64,000 nt of DNA from a virus. The stretch spans positions 1 through 64,000 of the IMG/VR virus record IMGVR_UViG_3300021495_000001. One strand, written 5' to 3'. How positions within the stretch are numbered: the first letter of the stretch is position 1; each line of letters starts with the position of its first letter. Positions 8,373 through 16,588 of this stretch are shown one piece after another. The notes beneath the pieces are model-generated. The model saw only the letters and a list, made by a program, of their open reading frames with translations. It searched no databases and had not been told where the DNA came from. The position numbers were made by a program, and so were the translations under genes.

Positions 8373-11300
8373 ACTTACCCTCCAAATCTTTAGTCTGCAC
8401 CTCAACTCTGCTCCTCAAATATCTCATCAAATCCTCACTGCTTGCAAACCTAGCCACCATAACTGGGGGGTTACTGTCTATTTCCCTATCCGCCTTCAAT
8501 GCCCAAGCTACCTCAAACCCCCTACCCAGTATGGTCAATGCCTCTGTGTAGTAAGGTAACCCATCTTCCTCCAGATGGTCACCAGAGCCAAGAAAATTCT
8601 CTTGGTACATCTTCACTGCCCTCTCACATAGCTCTACCACCTCTGGGGTCACTTGCCTTCCGTTCCCCTCCAATATGTACCGAGCCATGTGGACCCAGTC
8701 CCTCATGATGAGGTACTTCCCCAATGTCCGTTCTGGGTATTTCTCTCTGTCTCTTTTCACAAGGTTGATATTACGATAGAACTTCCTCCGTCTTCTCTCT
8801 TCACTTAAATATCCATCATGAGCCAACCCCACATCAGCCAAACAAACTACTGGCACCACAGCCTCCTTGCCTGGTAGATGTGGATGTTCATGAACACAAT
8901 TTGAAACAGATACCCCATTTACTACATATGAATGTTTATTAGCAACTGTAAGGTCATACACTTTACCTCTATACTGAATGGGTCGTATACTTTTAATCCG
9001 CATATACCGATATTCCCCATCACTCCATGACTGTGTAGGTACTATAGGGCCTTCCTTAGGCATCCCCCAATCTAAAAACTGTTTTCTCTTAACACGGGCA
9101 AAAACTTCATACGTCCCTGCAGCCTTATTATAACGAAAATTGGGCATAAACCCTTGGCGTAAAAGGAGCTCATTCACCTGATAGGCCAACACTTTTGAAA
9201 CAGTAGTGTACCTCACTAAAGAACCCTCTACACAACCATCTCCTCTCCACAAACCACGCAAGAGCTCCCTCTGTTTTTCAGCGGGCAACAACATCACCCA
9301 TTGTGGAACCTTCTTATTCCTAGCACCACTACCAATTTCACCCTTCAACCACTCTGCCAGAGGTCTACAACCTATAACAACGCTAATCACCCTACACTGT
9401 TTAGGATAGCTACACCAACTGGACATACCCCAACAAGATGCTATCTCTTTAACATCTTCCACATACTCAGTTTCATGTAAACCAAAAGAAAAATCTATCT
9501 TAGCACCTTCTGATACACAACCATCACTAATATAGTAGCCAATCAAACGTAATAACTTATCATCCACCAACAACACATCAGGCACTTTACTTACTTTCCC
9601 CTTCTGCCTTTTAATCCACACACCATCAACCAACTTCCAACTTGCACATGAACCACTACCTTTATGTGAGCCCTCCTTAGCATGCTCACTCAAACATACC
9701 ACATCCCTATCTTTTACCAATTTAGGGAGGGGGGATAAAAGCAAATCACCCACCTGCAATTCACCAGCCTTCACTTTTTCTATTTTATAATCCTCAAAAA
9801 AATGATGGTTACACCTACCTTTCATACGACAAATAGGCTTGCACCTAACATTATACTTCCTATCATTAATGCACTTCTTCGTGTGCACTGCAAAAACCTC
9901 ATGGGACTTACTAATTCTTAATGGCTCAGGAGACCCTACCGCTACTATCTCCAAAAACTCCTCATCAACATCATAAGACCAAATCCTTTCCACCCTCTGA
10001 TAACTACCATCATGCGTTCTAACACAATCACCCACCTTTATTTCTTTTATCGGTTTAAAATCAGGATTGGTGGCAACCAAAGCATCCTCTGTTATACAAC
10101 CCCAGAATTTAATCCCCAGCCCATTCCTAAACACCCTCACTGGCTGGTCAGGCTTAAATGGATGTTCAGGAAAGATGCTGAAATGATGTTGTTTTATTAC
10201 ATACCCATTATACATATTAGTACGTAAATACTTAAACAAGTCTCTAGCCTCAATCAGCTCCTCATCTGCATCCATCCAGAGGATAAAATCAGTAGTAGCA
10301 TGTTTTATACACTCATTCCTCACCACATCAAACCCTACCTCCAATGAGTCAGGACCCTTGTATACTTTGTCTGTATATTGTTTTGCTATCTCTACCGTGC
10401 TATCACTGCTACCCGTATCCATCACAATAATCTCATCAAACGCACTAACACTCTTCAATGCCCTGTGTAACATCGCCTCAGCATCTTTTACTATCAAACA
10501 AGCTGCTATTGTCTGCCTTGGCCGTTGTATAAAACACTTACGCTCCATGTCCACCTGTCCTACTTCAACACTGCTCTTCTGTCTATATGTAACAAAATGC
10601 CATCCCAACGGTTCACCATCTCTAGGGCTATTGCCAGCTAGGCCTACATTGACTGTATATTCTGGTTTTTTACCAAACATGTCCCGTAGGTCATGACGGT
10701 CAAAATGCCAAAAATGTCCTTTATATTTCAACTCACCCCCAGAAGCACCCCAAGACCCAAATGGCACACTAATCAACACATGCCCACCTTCCTTTACCCA
10801 CTTTTCTACTTTTCTCATTACCACCCATGGATGCCTAAAATGCTCCAAAATCTCAAAAGCTACCAAACAATCATATTGGCCAAGGGCGCTATTCTCATCC
10901 CCTACTACAAAGCTAACATTGCTGTATTTATTCAGCCTCTTTGCCAGCTCTACCTTCTCTGGCACTACCTCCACACCAGTGAAGTGTATAGTGGGAAACT
11001 GTTTAGCTAGGTTAAAAATGTATTGCCCTATATCACTCCCAAAATCCACCACTGTTTTTATATCTGGATGCTCTTCCAGATAATCTACCAAAAACTGAAG
11101 TCTCACAGGGCTAGCCATCCCCTCTACTTCTTCTATACTTTTTACACCAGTGGGTCCCTCTTCTAGAAATTGCTCAGTATAGAACTGCTTTACCCCCTCT
11201 GCAGCCCCCTGATACTGTTTATCAAGCTCTACCCTTTCCTCTTCATCCATCAAGGTCCTAGCAGCCTCTATGTCCTCATAGTAAATAAAATGCTTCTTCA

Positions 11301-12408
11301 GCCTTTCTTTATCTCGTGTCTGCTCAGAAAAAAACTGATGGAACTTCTCCATCCACCGCTCTACTACCTTTCCCCAATCAAACTCCTCTGCTCTCTTCCT
11401 TCCCCGCTCTGCAAGTTGTTTTCTCTTGGATGGGTTCTTGACCAAATAGAGAAGAGCCTTAATAAACCTGTCCTGATAATCTGGGGTAGAGGCTTGTCCT
11501 GATACAAAATATCCACAATCCCCCAGCACCTCACGCAGTGCACCTACATCATTGCAAACAAAAACAGCACCACTTGCCATCGCCTCTACTGCACTAATGC
11601 AAAATACCTCTTCAAAATCACTACAATAAGCATATATCCCTGCACTCTGGTACTGTTTATAAAGCTCCTGTTTATTCAAATGGCCTAGGTTGGTACAGTT
11701 AGGTAGCTCTTCAATCCTACCCCAAAGATATTCATACAGCCCCCTCATCTCAGGCACTGTATTATCATACCCTGCCACATAGAGATGAAACCGTGGTTCT
11801 ATCTTCAGCAACTTCTCCATTACCCCATCAGGCCCCACTAGATTAACCAACCCACGCTCTGGCCTAGCACAGTAAAGCAACCTGTATGGGTCTCCTTCAC
11901 CAAATGGGATTTCCCCAACTGACACTCCATTGTGTATTGGCCAAAATACCTGTTCTGGTAATCCATATACTTCCCTTTGTTGCTCTGCATGCCATTGACT
12001 CACTGTAACCACTCTGTCTACATTCCACATTACTTGGTGCACACTAACCTTGTTTCTCTTTAGGGCCAAATCATGGTTCCACAATATATTCAACCTGCTG
12101 CAAGTTCTGCCAGCAAAAGCCTGAGGCCACCGCTGGACAATGGTTATGTCGTGTGGGAAGCTAGTAATGTATTTAGATGCTTGGGCCAGAGGCCTATATA
12201 TCACTCCATCGTAAACCCCAGCACCACTAGCAGGGGGGGCATCACAATTACAAAACATCGTCACCCTGTTCCCTAGCTGTGCTAAATGCCTAGCCAGGCA
12301 CAACCCACATGTTTCACTCCCACCAAGACTATGTTTATTCAAACTATCACCGCTAAATGCCATCCCTGGCACCACCAACACTATATCAAAAGTATAGCTC
12401 CTCCTCAT
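8365..12408 (-). CDS. Trifunctional GT4 glycosyltransferase / SAM methyltransferase / GT2 glycosyltransferase (TPR-like tail), interrupted by an intein
   Basis: GT4: GGSETCGLCLARHLAQLGNRV and EEVFCISAVEAMASGAVFVCNDVGALREV. Methyltransferase: VVDFGSDIGQYIF...DCLVAFEILEHF. GT2: ACLIVKDAEAMLHRALKSV..IIVMDTGSSDSTVEIAK, DFILWMDADEEL, VRVFRNGLGIKFWG/intein/CVHEHP. Confidence 0.8.
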   Translation of the reverse strand: MRRSYTFDIVLVVPGMAFSGDSLNKHSLGGSETCGLCLARHLAQLGNRVTMFCNCDAPPASGAGVYDGVIYRPLAQASKYITSFPHDITIVQRWPQAFAGRTCSRLNILWNHDLALKRNKVSVHQVMWNVDRVVTVSQWHAEQQREVYGLPEQVFWPIHNGVSVGEIPFGEGDPYRLLYCARPERGLVNLVGPDGVMEKLLKIEPRFHLYVAGYDNTVPEMRGLYEYLWGRIEELPNCTNLGHLNKQELYKQYQSAGIYAYCSDFEEVFCISAVEAMASGAVFVCNDVGALREVLGDCGYFVSGQASTPDYQDRFIKALLYLVKNPSKRKQLAERGRKRAEEFDWGKVVERWMEKFHQFFSEQTRDKERLKKHFIYYEDIEAARTLMDEEERVELDKQYQGAAEGVKQFYTEQFLEEGPTGVKSIEEVEGMASPVRLQFLVDYLEEHPDIKTVVDFGSDIGQYIFNLAKQFPTIHFTGVEVVPEKVELAKRLNKYSNVSFVVGDENSALGQYDCLVAFEILEHFRHPWVVMRKVEKWVKEGGHVLISVPFGSWGASGGELKYKGHFWHFDRHDLRDMFGKKPEYTVNVGLAGNSPRDGEPLGWHFVTYRQKSSVEVGQVDMERKCFIQRPRQTIAACLIVKDAEAMLHRALKSVSAFDEIIVMDTGSSDSTVEIAKQYTDKVYKGPDSLEVGFDVVRNECIKHATTDFILWMDADEELIEARDLFKYLRTNMYNGYVIKQHHFSIFPEHPFKPDQPVRVFRNGLGIKFWGCITEDALVATNPDFKPIKEIKVGDCVRTHDGSYQRVERIWSYDVDEEFLEIVAVGSPEPLRISKSHEVFAVHTKKCINDRKYNVRCKPICRMKGRCNHHFFEDYKIEKVKAGELQVGDLLLSPLPKLVKDRDVVCLSEHAKEGSHKGSGSCASWKLVDGVWIKRQKGKVSKVPDVLLVDDKLLRLIGYYISDGCVSEGAKIDFSFGLHETEYVEDVKEIASCWGMSSWCSYPKQCRVISVVIGCRPLAEWLKGEIGSGARNKKVPQWVMLLPAEKQRELLRGLWRGDGCVEGSLVRYTTVSKVLAYQVNELLLRQGFMPNFRYNKAAGTYEVFARVKRKQFLDWGMPKEGPIVPTQSWSDGEYRYMRIKSIRPIQYRGKVYDLTVANKHSYVVNGVSVSNCVHEHPHLPGKEAVVPVVCLADVGLAHDGYLSEERRRRKFYRNINLVKRDREKYPERTLGKYLIMRDWVHMARYILEGNGRQVTPEVVELCERAVKMYQENFLGSGDHLEEDGLPYYTEALTILGRGFEVAWALKADREIDSNPPVMVARFASSEDLMRYLRSRVEVQTKDLEGKYA
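8899..10098 (-). mobile_element. Intein (400 aa) with LAGLIDADG homing endonuclease, inserted in the GT2 domain
   Basis: N-terminal CITEDALV (Cys1 codon 10098-10096), block B-like SKSHEVF. Two LAGLIDADG motifs: LLRLIGYYISDGCV and ELLRGLWRGDGCV. C-terminal YVVNGVSVSN (Asn codon 8901-8899) followed by +1 Cys. In frame, 1200 nt. Confidence 0.85.
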
Positions 12409-12435
12409 ATCCTTGCTCCTCTCCTCTCTTCCATA

Positions 12436-12630
12436 TTATCTATTTGCTTCTTCCCATAATCTCCCATAAAACTCCCCACTTGTCATACCTCTATCTACCC
12501 CACCTTCTTCTACATGCCCACACTTACACCACCAATCCCAAGGACGCTGAGGTGGGTAAGAAGTCAACTCATACCCCCTATACTTCTTTATCATTTTCTT
12601 TCCACAGACTGAGCATAACTTATATCTCAT
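12436..12630 (-). CDS. Small zinc-ribbon protein
   Basis: 64 aa with CSVCG...CKCGH. ATGA-type coupling to the upstream ORF. Confidence 0.45.
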   Translation of the reverse strand: MRYKLCSVCGKKMIKKYRGYELTSYPPQRPWDWWCKCGHVEEGGVDRGMTSGEFYGRLWEEANR

Positions 12631-12836
12631 TACTTTACCCTGCTCTCCTTGGCTATCTCCTCTTCCTGTTTTTTCAGCCGTCGCCTAGCCAACTGAACCT
12701 CCCTCACTACCTGCTCTCCCCCACTCTTTTTCAAGTACTCCAGCACCCTATCTAAATTCTTCTCCAACACATCTACCTGACGCTGTAATTTAGCCAAGTC
12801 AGCCTGTAAATACAAAATTTCCATCCCCATCTTCAC
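12630..12836 (-). CDS. Small coiled-coil protein
   Basis: 68 aa with heptad-like LQADLAKLQRQVDVLEKNLDRVLEYLKK. RBS gagaggaggtaggtgaag ATG. Confidence 0.45.
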   Translation of the reverse strand: MKMGMEILYLQADLAKLQRQVDVLEKNLDRVLEYLKKSGGEQVVREVQLARRRLKKQEEEIAKESRVK

Positions 12837-12854
12837 CTACCTCCTCTCTCACTA

Positions 12855-12897
12855 AAAAAATAGGGTAGAGGCCGAGGAGCAAAACCCCTACCCTACA
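12855..12897 (-). terminator. Intrinsic terminator after the major capsid gene
   Basis: Minus strand forms a stem tagggtagggg / cctctacccta with a 13-nt loop, followed by TTTTTTT. A second small hairpin ggcat-gtgc-atgcc plus gtttt lies just upstream at 12902-12915. Confidence 0.6.
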
Positions 12898-12958
12898 AAA
12901 CGGCATGCACATGCCAAAAAAGACTCTCATCCAAGTTGCTCCTCTAACCACTACCACT

Positions 12959-13939
12959 CTATTGAGAACTCCCAACACCCACTCTCAACACAGCTAGGTT
13001 ACTATCTATGATTTTCTCATCTTGATAGTAACCAACATGGATGTCCTGCCTGCCTGCCTTGGGGTCAAAGGGGAACACCCTAACAACCCAATTAGGCATA
13101 TTGGGGACTGTCCACCTAAAGCTGTATCCAAAACTAGGAACATCAATAGCTGGTTTAGGTGGAATGTAGGCGTAGAGCACACTGTCGTTCCATATCTGCG
13201 AAAGAGCCATGGTAGCACCTTTCGCAGCAGTGTTATAATATGCCCCACCTACCAATACCTTATCTACCTCAAGCAAAGTGGCCACTTGGTCTACCTTAGG
13301 AATACCGCCACCATGTGGGTACAGAAGTTCCCTTATCTCTTTACTATCCCTAAACTTCCGCCATGCTGTCTTCCCAAATACCACCAAATTGGCCTTATAC
13401 CCACTGATATCCTCCAGCATAGCTATATCACCCTGCGCATCCTCATAGGGGTCTGCATTATCTGTGCCCCAAGCACTAGCTGTAGTGGTATACGTGCCCA
13501 CATTGCTTGTGCTAGTCACCATACGGGCTACACGCAACTCATAGTTAATTAACAGCAAATCAGTGATAAAATTAGCCCGTCTCTGCCTAGACCGTATAGC
13601 CACATCAGCATTAGCTGCCTCCTCAGCTGTGATGTAAGTCCCCAAGGCATAATTAACACAGTTATACCCATCACTGCTCACATCAAAACTAACCATGTTA
13701 GGGGGTTGACCAGGTACACGGTAATCCCTAGTCTCCCTAAACTTATCCCCCTGATTGAACACATAGAAGTTGTCACTCTTCTTTGATACTGGAACAATGG
13801 GGAAAATCTGGTCAGCAATAAACCCCTGTGGCCTGTAATCTATTGCTAGATTACTCAGTGCTGCATCTATGTGTACATCATCAGGGCTCATATCATACAT
13901 CTTCACCGTATATATTCTTCCCATTTCACTCATTTTCAC
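12959..13939 (-). CDS. Major capsid protein, lambda gpE-like (Phage_cap_E family)
   Basis: 326 aa. DQIFPIVPVSKKSDNFYVF, ...LVVFGKTAWRKF..., VLVGGAYYNTA match the gpE-type pattern. Preceded by decoration and protease-scaffold genes and followed by a terminator. Confidence 0.8.
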   Translation of the reverse strand: MKMSEMGRIYTVKMYDMSPDDVHIDAALSNLAIDYRPQGFIADQIFPIVPVSKKSDNFYVFNQGDKFRETRDYRVPGQPPNMVSFDVSSDGYNCVNYALGTYITAEEAANADVAIRSRQRRANFITDLLLINYELRVARMVTSTSNVGTYTTTASAWGTDNADPYEDAQGDIAMLEDISGYKANLVVFGKTAWRKFRDSKEIRELLYPHGGGIPKVDQVATLLEVDKVLVGGAYYNTAAKGATMALSQIWNDSVLYAYIPPKPAIDVPSFGYSFRWTVPNMPNWVVRVFPFDPKAGRQDIHVGYYQDEKIIDSNLAVLRVGVGSSQ

Positions 13940-13947
13940 TTACCTCC

Positions 13948-14364
13948 TTATGGAACGCTAGTAACATTTGCCACTGCATTTGCACAATGGATAAAAGCCA
14001 CTGCTTGTCCACCGCTACTTGCACCTTCAATTACCCATCCAATTGTTCTCTTTCCACTTCCAGTTGTGCTACAACTTAATGCCCATCCGCCGCTACCACA
14101 GTAGATTTTATCACCAGCTGTCACTGCACCCCCAACCTTTACTGGGGTTACACCGAGAGGGCAAACTTCAGCAAACTGTCCCGCCTCTGGTTTATTCTGT
14201 AATACCCCAGCACACACTTGAGTGGGGGCTGCATCCACTACATCAACCTGAGCATCCCCAGATATCTCCACTAAGAAATACTGTTTCCCGCTCAGGTCAT
14301 TCTCAGCCTTGGCTGTAAAATTGCAAGGCTGCCCGCCTTTGTATGGATTTCCACTATATGCCAT
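13948..14364 (-). CDS. Head decoration protein (DUF2190-like)
   Basis: 138 aa, Gly/Ala-rich beta protein (GKQYFLVEISGD...VKVGGAVTAGDKIY) directly upstream of the capsid gene. This is the usual partner of E-type capsids. Confidence 0.55.
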   Translation of the reverse strand: MAYSGNPYKGGQPCNFTAKAENDLSGKQYFLVEISGDAQVDVVDAAPTQVCAGVLQNKPEAGQFAEVCPLGVTPVKVGGAVTAGDKIYCGSGGWALSCSTTGSGKRTIGWVIEGASSGGQAVAFIHCANAVANVTSVP

Positions 14365-14380
14365 CGCTCTTTACCTCCTG

Positions 14381-16339
14381 CTACTCTTTAAATTCTGCAT
14401 ACCGCTTTGCCAAGTCTGGGTCAGCTTTCAACACTGCTTCAAATGCCTCTGCATACTTCACCTTATGCTCTGCCATATATGCCTTCACCTTAGCATCCAC
14501 TTCTTGTCCTACGCTAGCAAACTCGCCATCACCTTTTATATTACCCAACTGCTCAGCAAAAGAGACTTTTGGGTCTTGCCTTGTAAGGTAAATCCTAATC
14601 ATATCAGCAAGACTAGCCTCTTTACTCTCACCCTTCTCATCCTTGACCTGATATTCCTTTTTCTCAGGTGCATAGAGAAGTAGTTGGGTAATTAATTCCT
14701 CATCTCTTGGCAGAACTTTGCCCTGTGCCTTGAGGTCTTTGACAAAGGTCTGGACTTCCATCGTCTTCTGTTTCAACTCCAACTCCCTATTCTTTGCCTC
14801 TACCTCTTCAGCCTTTTTCCGTAGCTGTTCTGCCTCATCCCTGTACTTTTTCAGCTCACTGATTTCAGCCTCCTTTGCCTCAAGCTCTTGCTGAAGCTTT
14901 TTGGCCTCTTCCTCAGTAGCCTTCCTCTGTGCCTCCTTGAGTTGTTCTACCTGATCAGTAAGCTGTGCAATTTCCTCATCCTTCCTCTTAATCAACTCAG
15001 CAAATTCTTTCTCTGTCATCTCTCCGTCCTCCTTTAATGAAAATAAATGTTTTGGGATTTCCTCATCTGGAACCCCTAACTTTCTATATAAAGCCACCAG
15101 CTTTTGCTTGACCTTTTTAGTCTCGCCTGGTGGTAACTCTACCCTTCTTCCCCTAAACCCACCTGGGCTAAGTGCTGCAACAGCCCTACCCAGCTGAGTT
15201 CTAGTCACCTTCTTATCAGGGTCTTCCCAAATCCGTAACTTCCAAGTGCTGGGTTTTTGTGGGTCTGGTACGTACAGATAGGCTTCCTTTGGATACTGTA
15301 CCCCATCTTCAGTCTTCATTACTTTAGCAAACCCCCTCCATTCCTCCACCGTATATGGTCTGCTTTCACCAAGTGGTAATGGAGGTGGATTTAACCACTT
15401 TTTTGCCTCCTCCATTGTCCATTTCCTACGGTCAAATAACCAGCTCTGTATATACACCCGCTCATCCTGTCCCTCTTTCAGCACTCCCCCTACATACCGC
15501 ACACCCTCAGCACCACTAAAGGTATTTTCTTTCAACGTGGTAATATCAAATGCACTCTCAGGATGCACCTCTGCCACTACATGTTCTAAATTTTCTTTCC
15601 ACACTATCATATACTCCCTCCTCTCCTCACCAAGCTCATACACATGTAACTCTCCACTTTCATTCTGCTGGGTGAGGAACTTTGATATATCAGCTAAGGT
15701 AGTCACTGCTGGGATACTTGAACCCAATATGGCCACAGCACTGAGCACTCTGGGGTATTTCTTTCCCTCATCCCTGTAATTCCATAACACCTCTGCACTC
15801 CTTCTTCCATACAACCCATTCTTAATTGCCTGCATAAGTGTTTTGGGTACATTACTAATTGTAGCCAATAGCTTCTTCCCCCTGCGTTTCAGCTCTGTAA
15901 CAAAACCGAGTGCCGGTTGCTCTGTGGCATCTTTAGGTTGGGCTTTATGGCCTAGCTTCACCACTGGTTTCCACTTGCCTTTCAACTCCTTAAAAGCCCG
16001 TACCATTTCATCTAGGTCTGCCTCAGTATATTTATCACCATTCCACTCCCCTGCAGCAAAAACCTCTACATCTTTTAGTGTTCCCTTGTTTTCATACTCC
16101 ACTAACACCACCTCACCTACATCATTGAACACCACATGGGGCACCTCATCCACCTCTGCATTCACCTTTCTAGCCACTGCATTAGCCTGCCGTATAGCAC
16201 TAGCCTCACACTCCTCCTGTTTCCTACCCTGCTTCAGGCATCTATCAAGTGCTCCATTGGCCACTCTTACCCAAACCTCTTTCTGTTTATCACTTAACCC
16301 TTTTATATGTTTCTCTACATCTTCCCTATTCCATGGCAT
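14381..16339 (-). CDS. Prohead protease / scaffold fusion (Mu I-like) with N-terminal ChaB-like domain
   Basis: N-terminus MPWNREDVEKHIKGLSDKQKEVWVRVANGALDRC...EASAIRQANAVARK is ChaB-like. VEVFAAGEWNGDKYTEADLDEMV...VKLGHK is Mu-I-like. A long EK-rich coiled coil (EEIAQLTDQVEQLKEAQRKATEEEAKKLQQELEAKEAEISELKK) forms the scaffold part. Confidence 0.65.
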   Translation of the reverse strand: MPWNREDVEKHIKGLSDKQKEVWVRVANGALDRCLKQGRKQEECEASAIRQANAVARKVNAEVDEVPHVVFNDVGEVVLVEYENKGTLKDVEVFAAGEWNGDKYTEADLDEMVRAFKELKGKWKPVVKLGHKAQPKDATEQPALGFVTELKRRGKKLLATISNVPKTLMQAIKNGLYGRRSAEVLWNYRDEGKKYPRVLSAVAILGSSIPAVTTLADISKFLTQQNESGELHVYELGEERREYMIVWKENLEHVVAEVHPESAFDITTLKENTFSGAEGVRYVGGVLKEGQDERVYIQSWLFDRRKWTMEEAKKWLNPPPLPLGESRPYTVEEWRGFAKVMKTEDGVQYPKEAYLYVPDPQKPSTWKLRIWEDPDKKVTRTQLGRAVAALSPGGFRGRRVELPPGETKKVKQKLVALYRKLGVPDEEIPKHLFSLKEDGEMTEKEFAELIKRKDEEIAQLTDQVEQLKEAQRKATEEEAKKLQQELEAKEAEISELKKYRDEAEQLRKKAEEVEAKNRELELKQKTMEVQTFVKDLKAQGKVLPRDEELITQLLLYAPEKKEYQVKDEKGESKEASLADMIRIYLTRQDPKVSFAEQLGNIKGDGEFASVGQEVDAKVKAYMAEHKVKYAEAFEAVLKADPDLAKRYAEFKE

Positions 16340-16361
16340 TCTATCTCTCCCTTTTTATCTT

Positions 16362-16390
16362 TTTATAGGGCAATTTAACCGCAAAATTTA
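16362..16390 (-). promoter_or_regulatory. Conserved 29-nt late motif, copy B (upstream of protease/scaffold gene)
   Basis: Minus strand TAAATTTTGCGGTTAAATTGCCCTATAAA starts at the TAA stop of 16388..16585 and ends 22 nt before ATG 16339. Confidence 0.4.
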
Positions 16391-16585
16391 ATCCCCCTCA
16401 TCCATCACATACATGGAGGTACTTTCCAACTCTTCCAGCCCCTTCCTAGCCTCCTCATCCCCATCTTCACTCTTCTTTTTTAGCCTAGCTGCACGTAACC
16501 AATCTGCATTAGCCCCGTCACAACATAAATTTATCTGGGCTACCTTTCCCTCTTCATCCCTTACAATAGGTTCAATTCTTTTCAT
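16388..16585 (-). CDS. Hypothetical small acidic protein
   Basis: 65-aa ORF between the portal-fusion and protease genes. Confidence 0.4.
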   Translation of the reverse strand: MKRIEPIVRDEEGKVAQINLCCDGANADWLRAARLKKKSEDGDEEARKGLEELESTSMYVMDEGD

Positions 16586-16588
16586 CTC

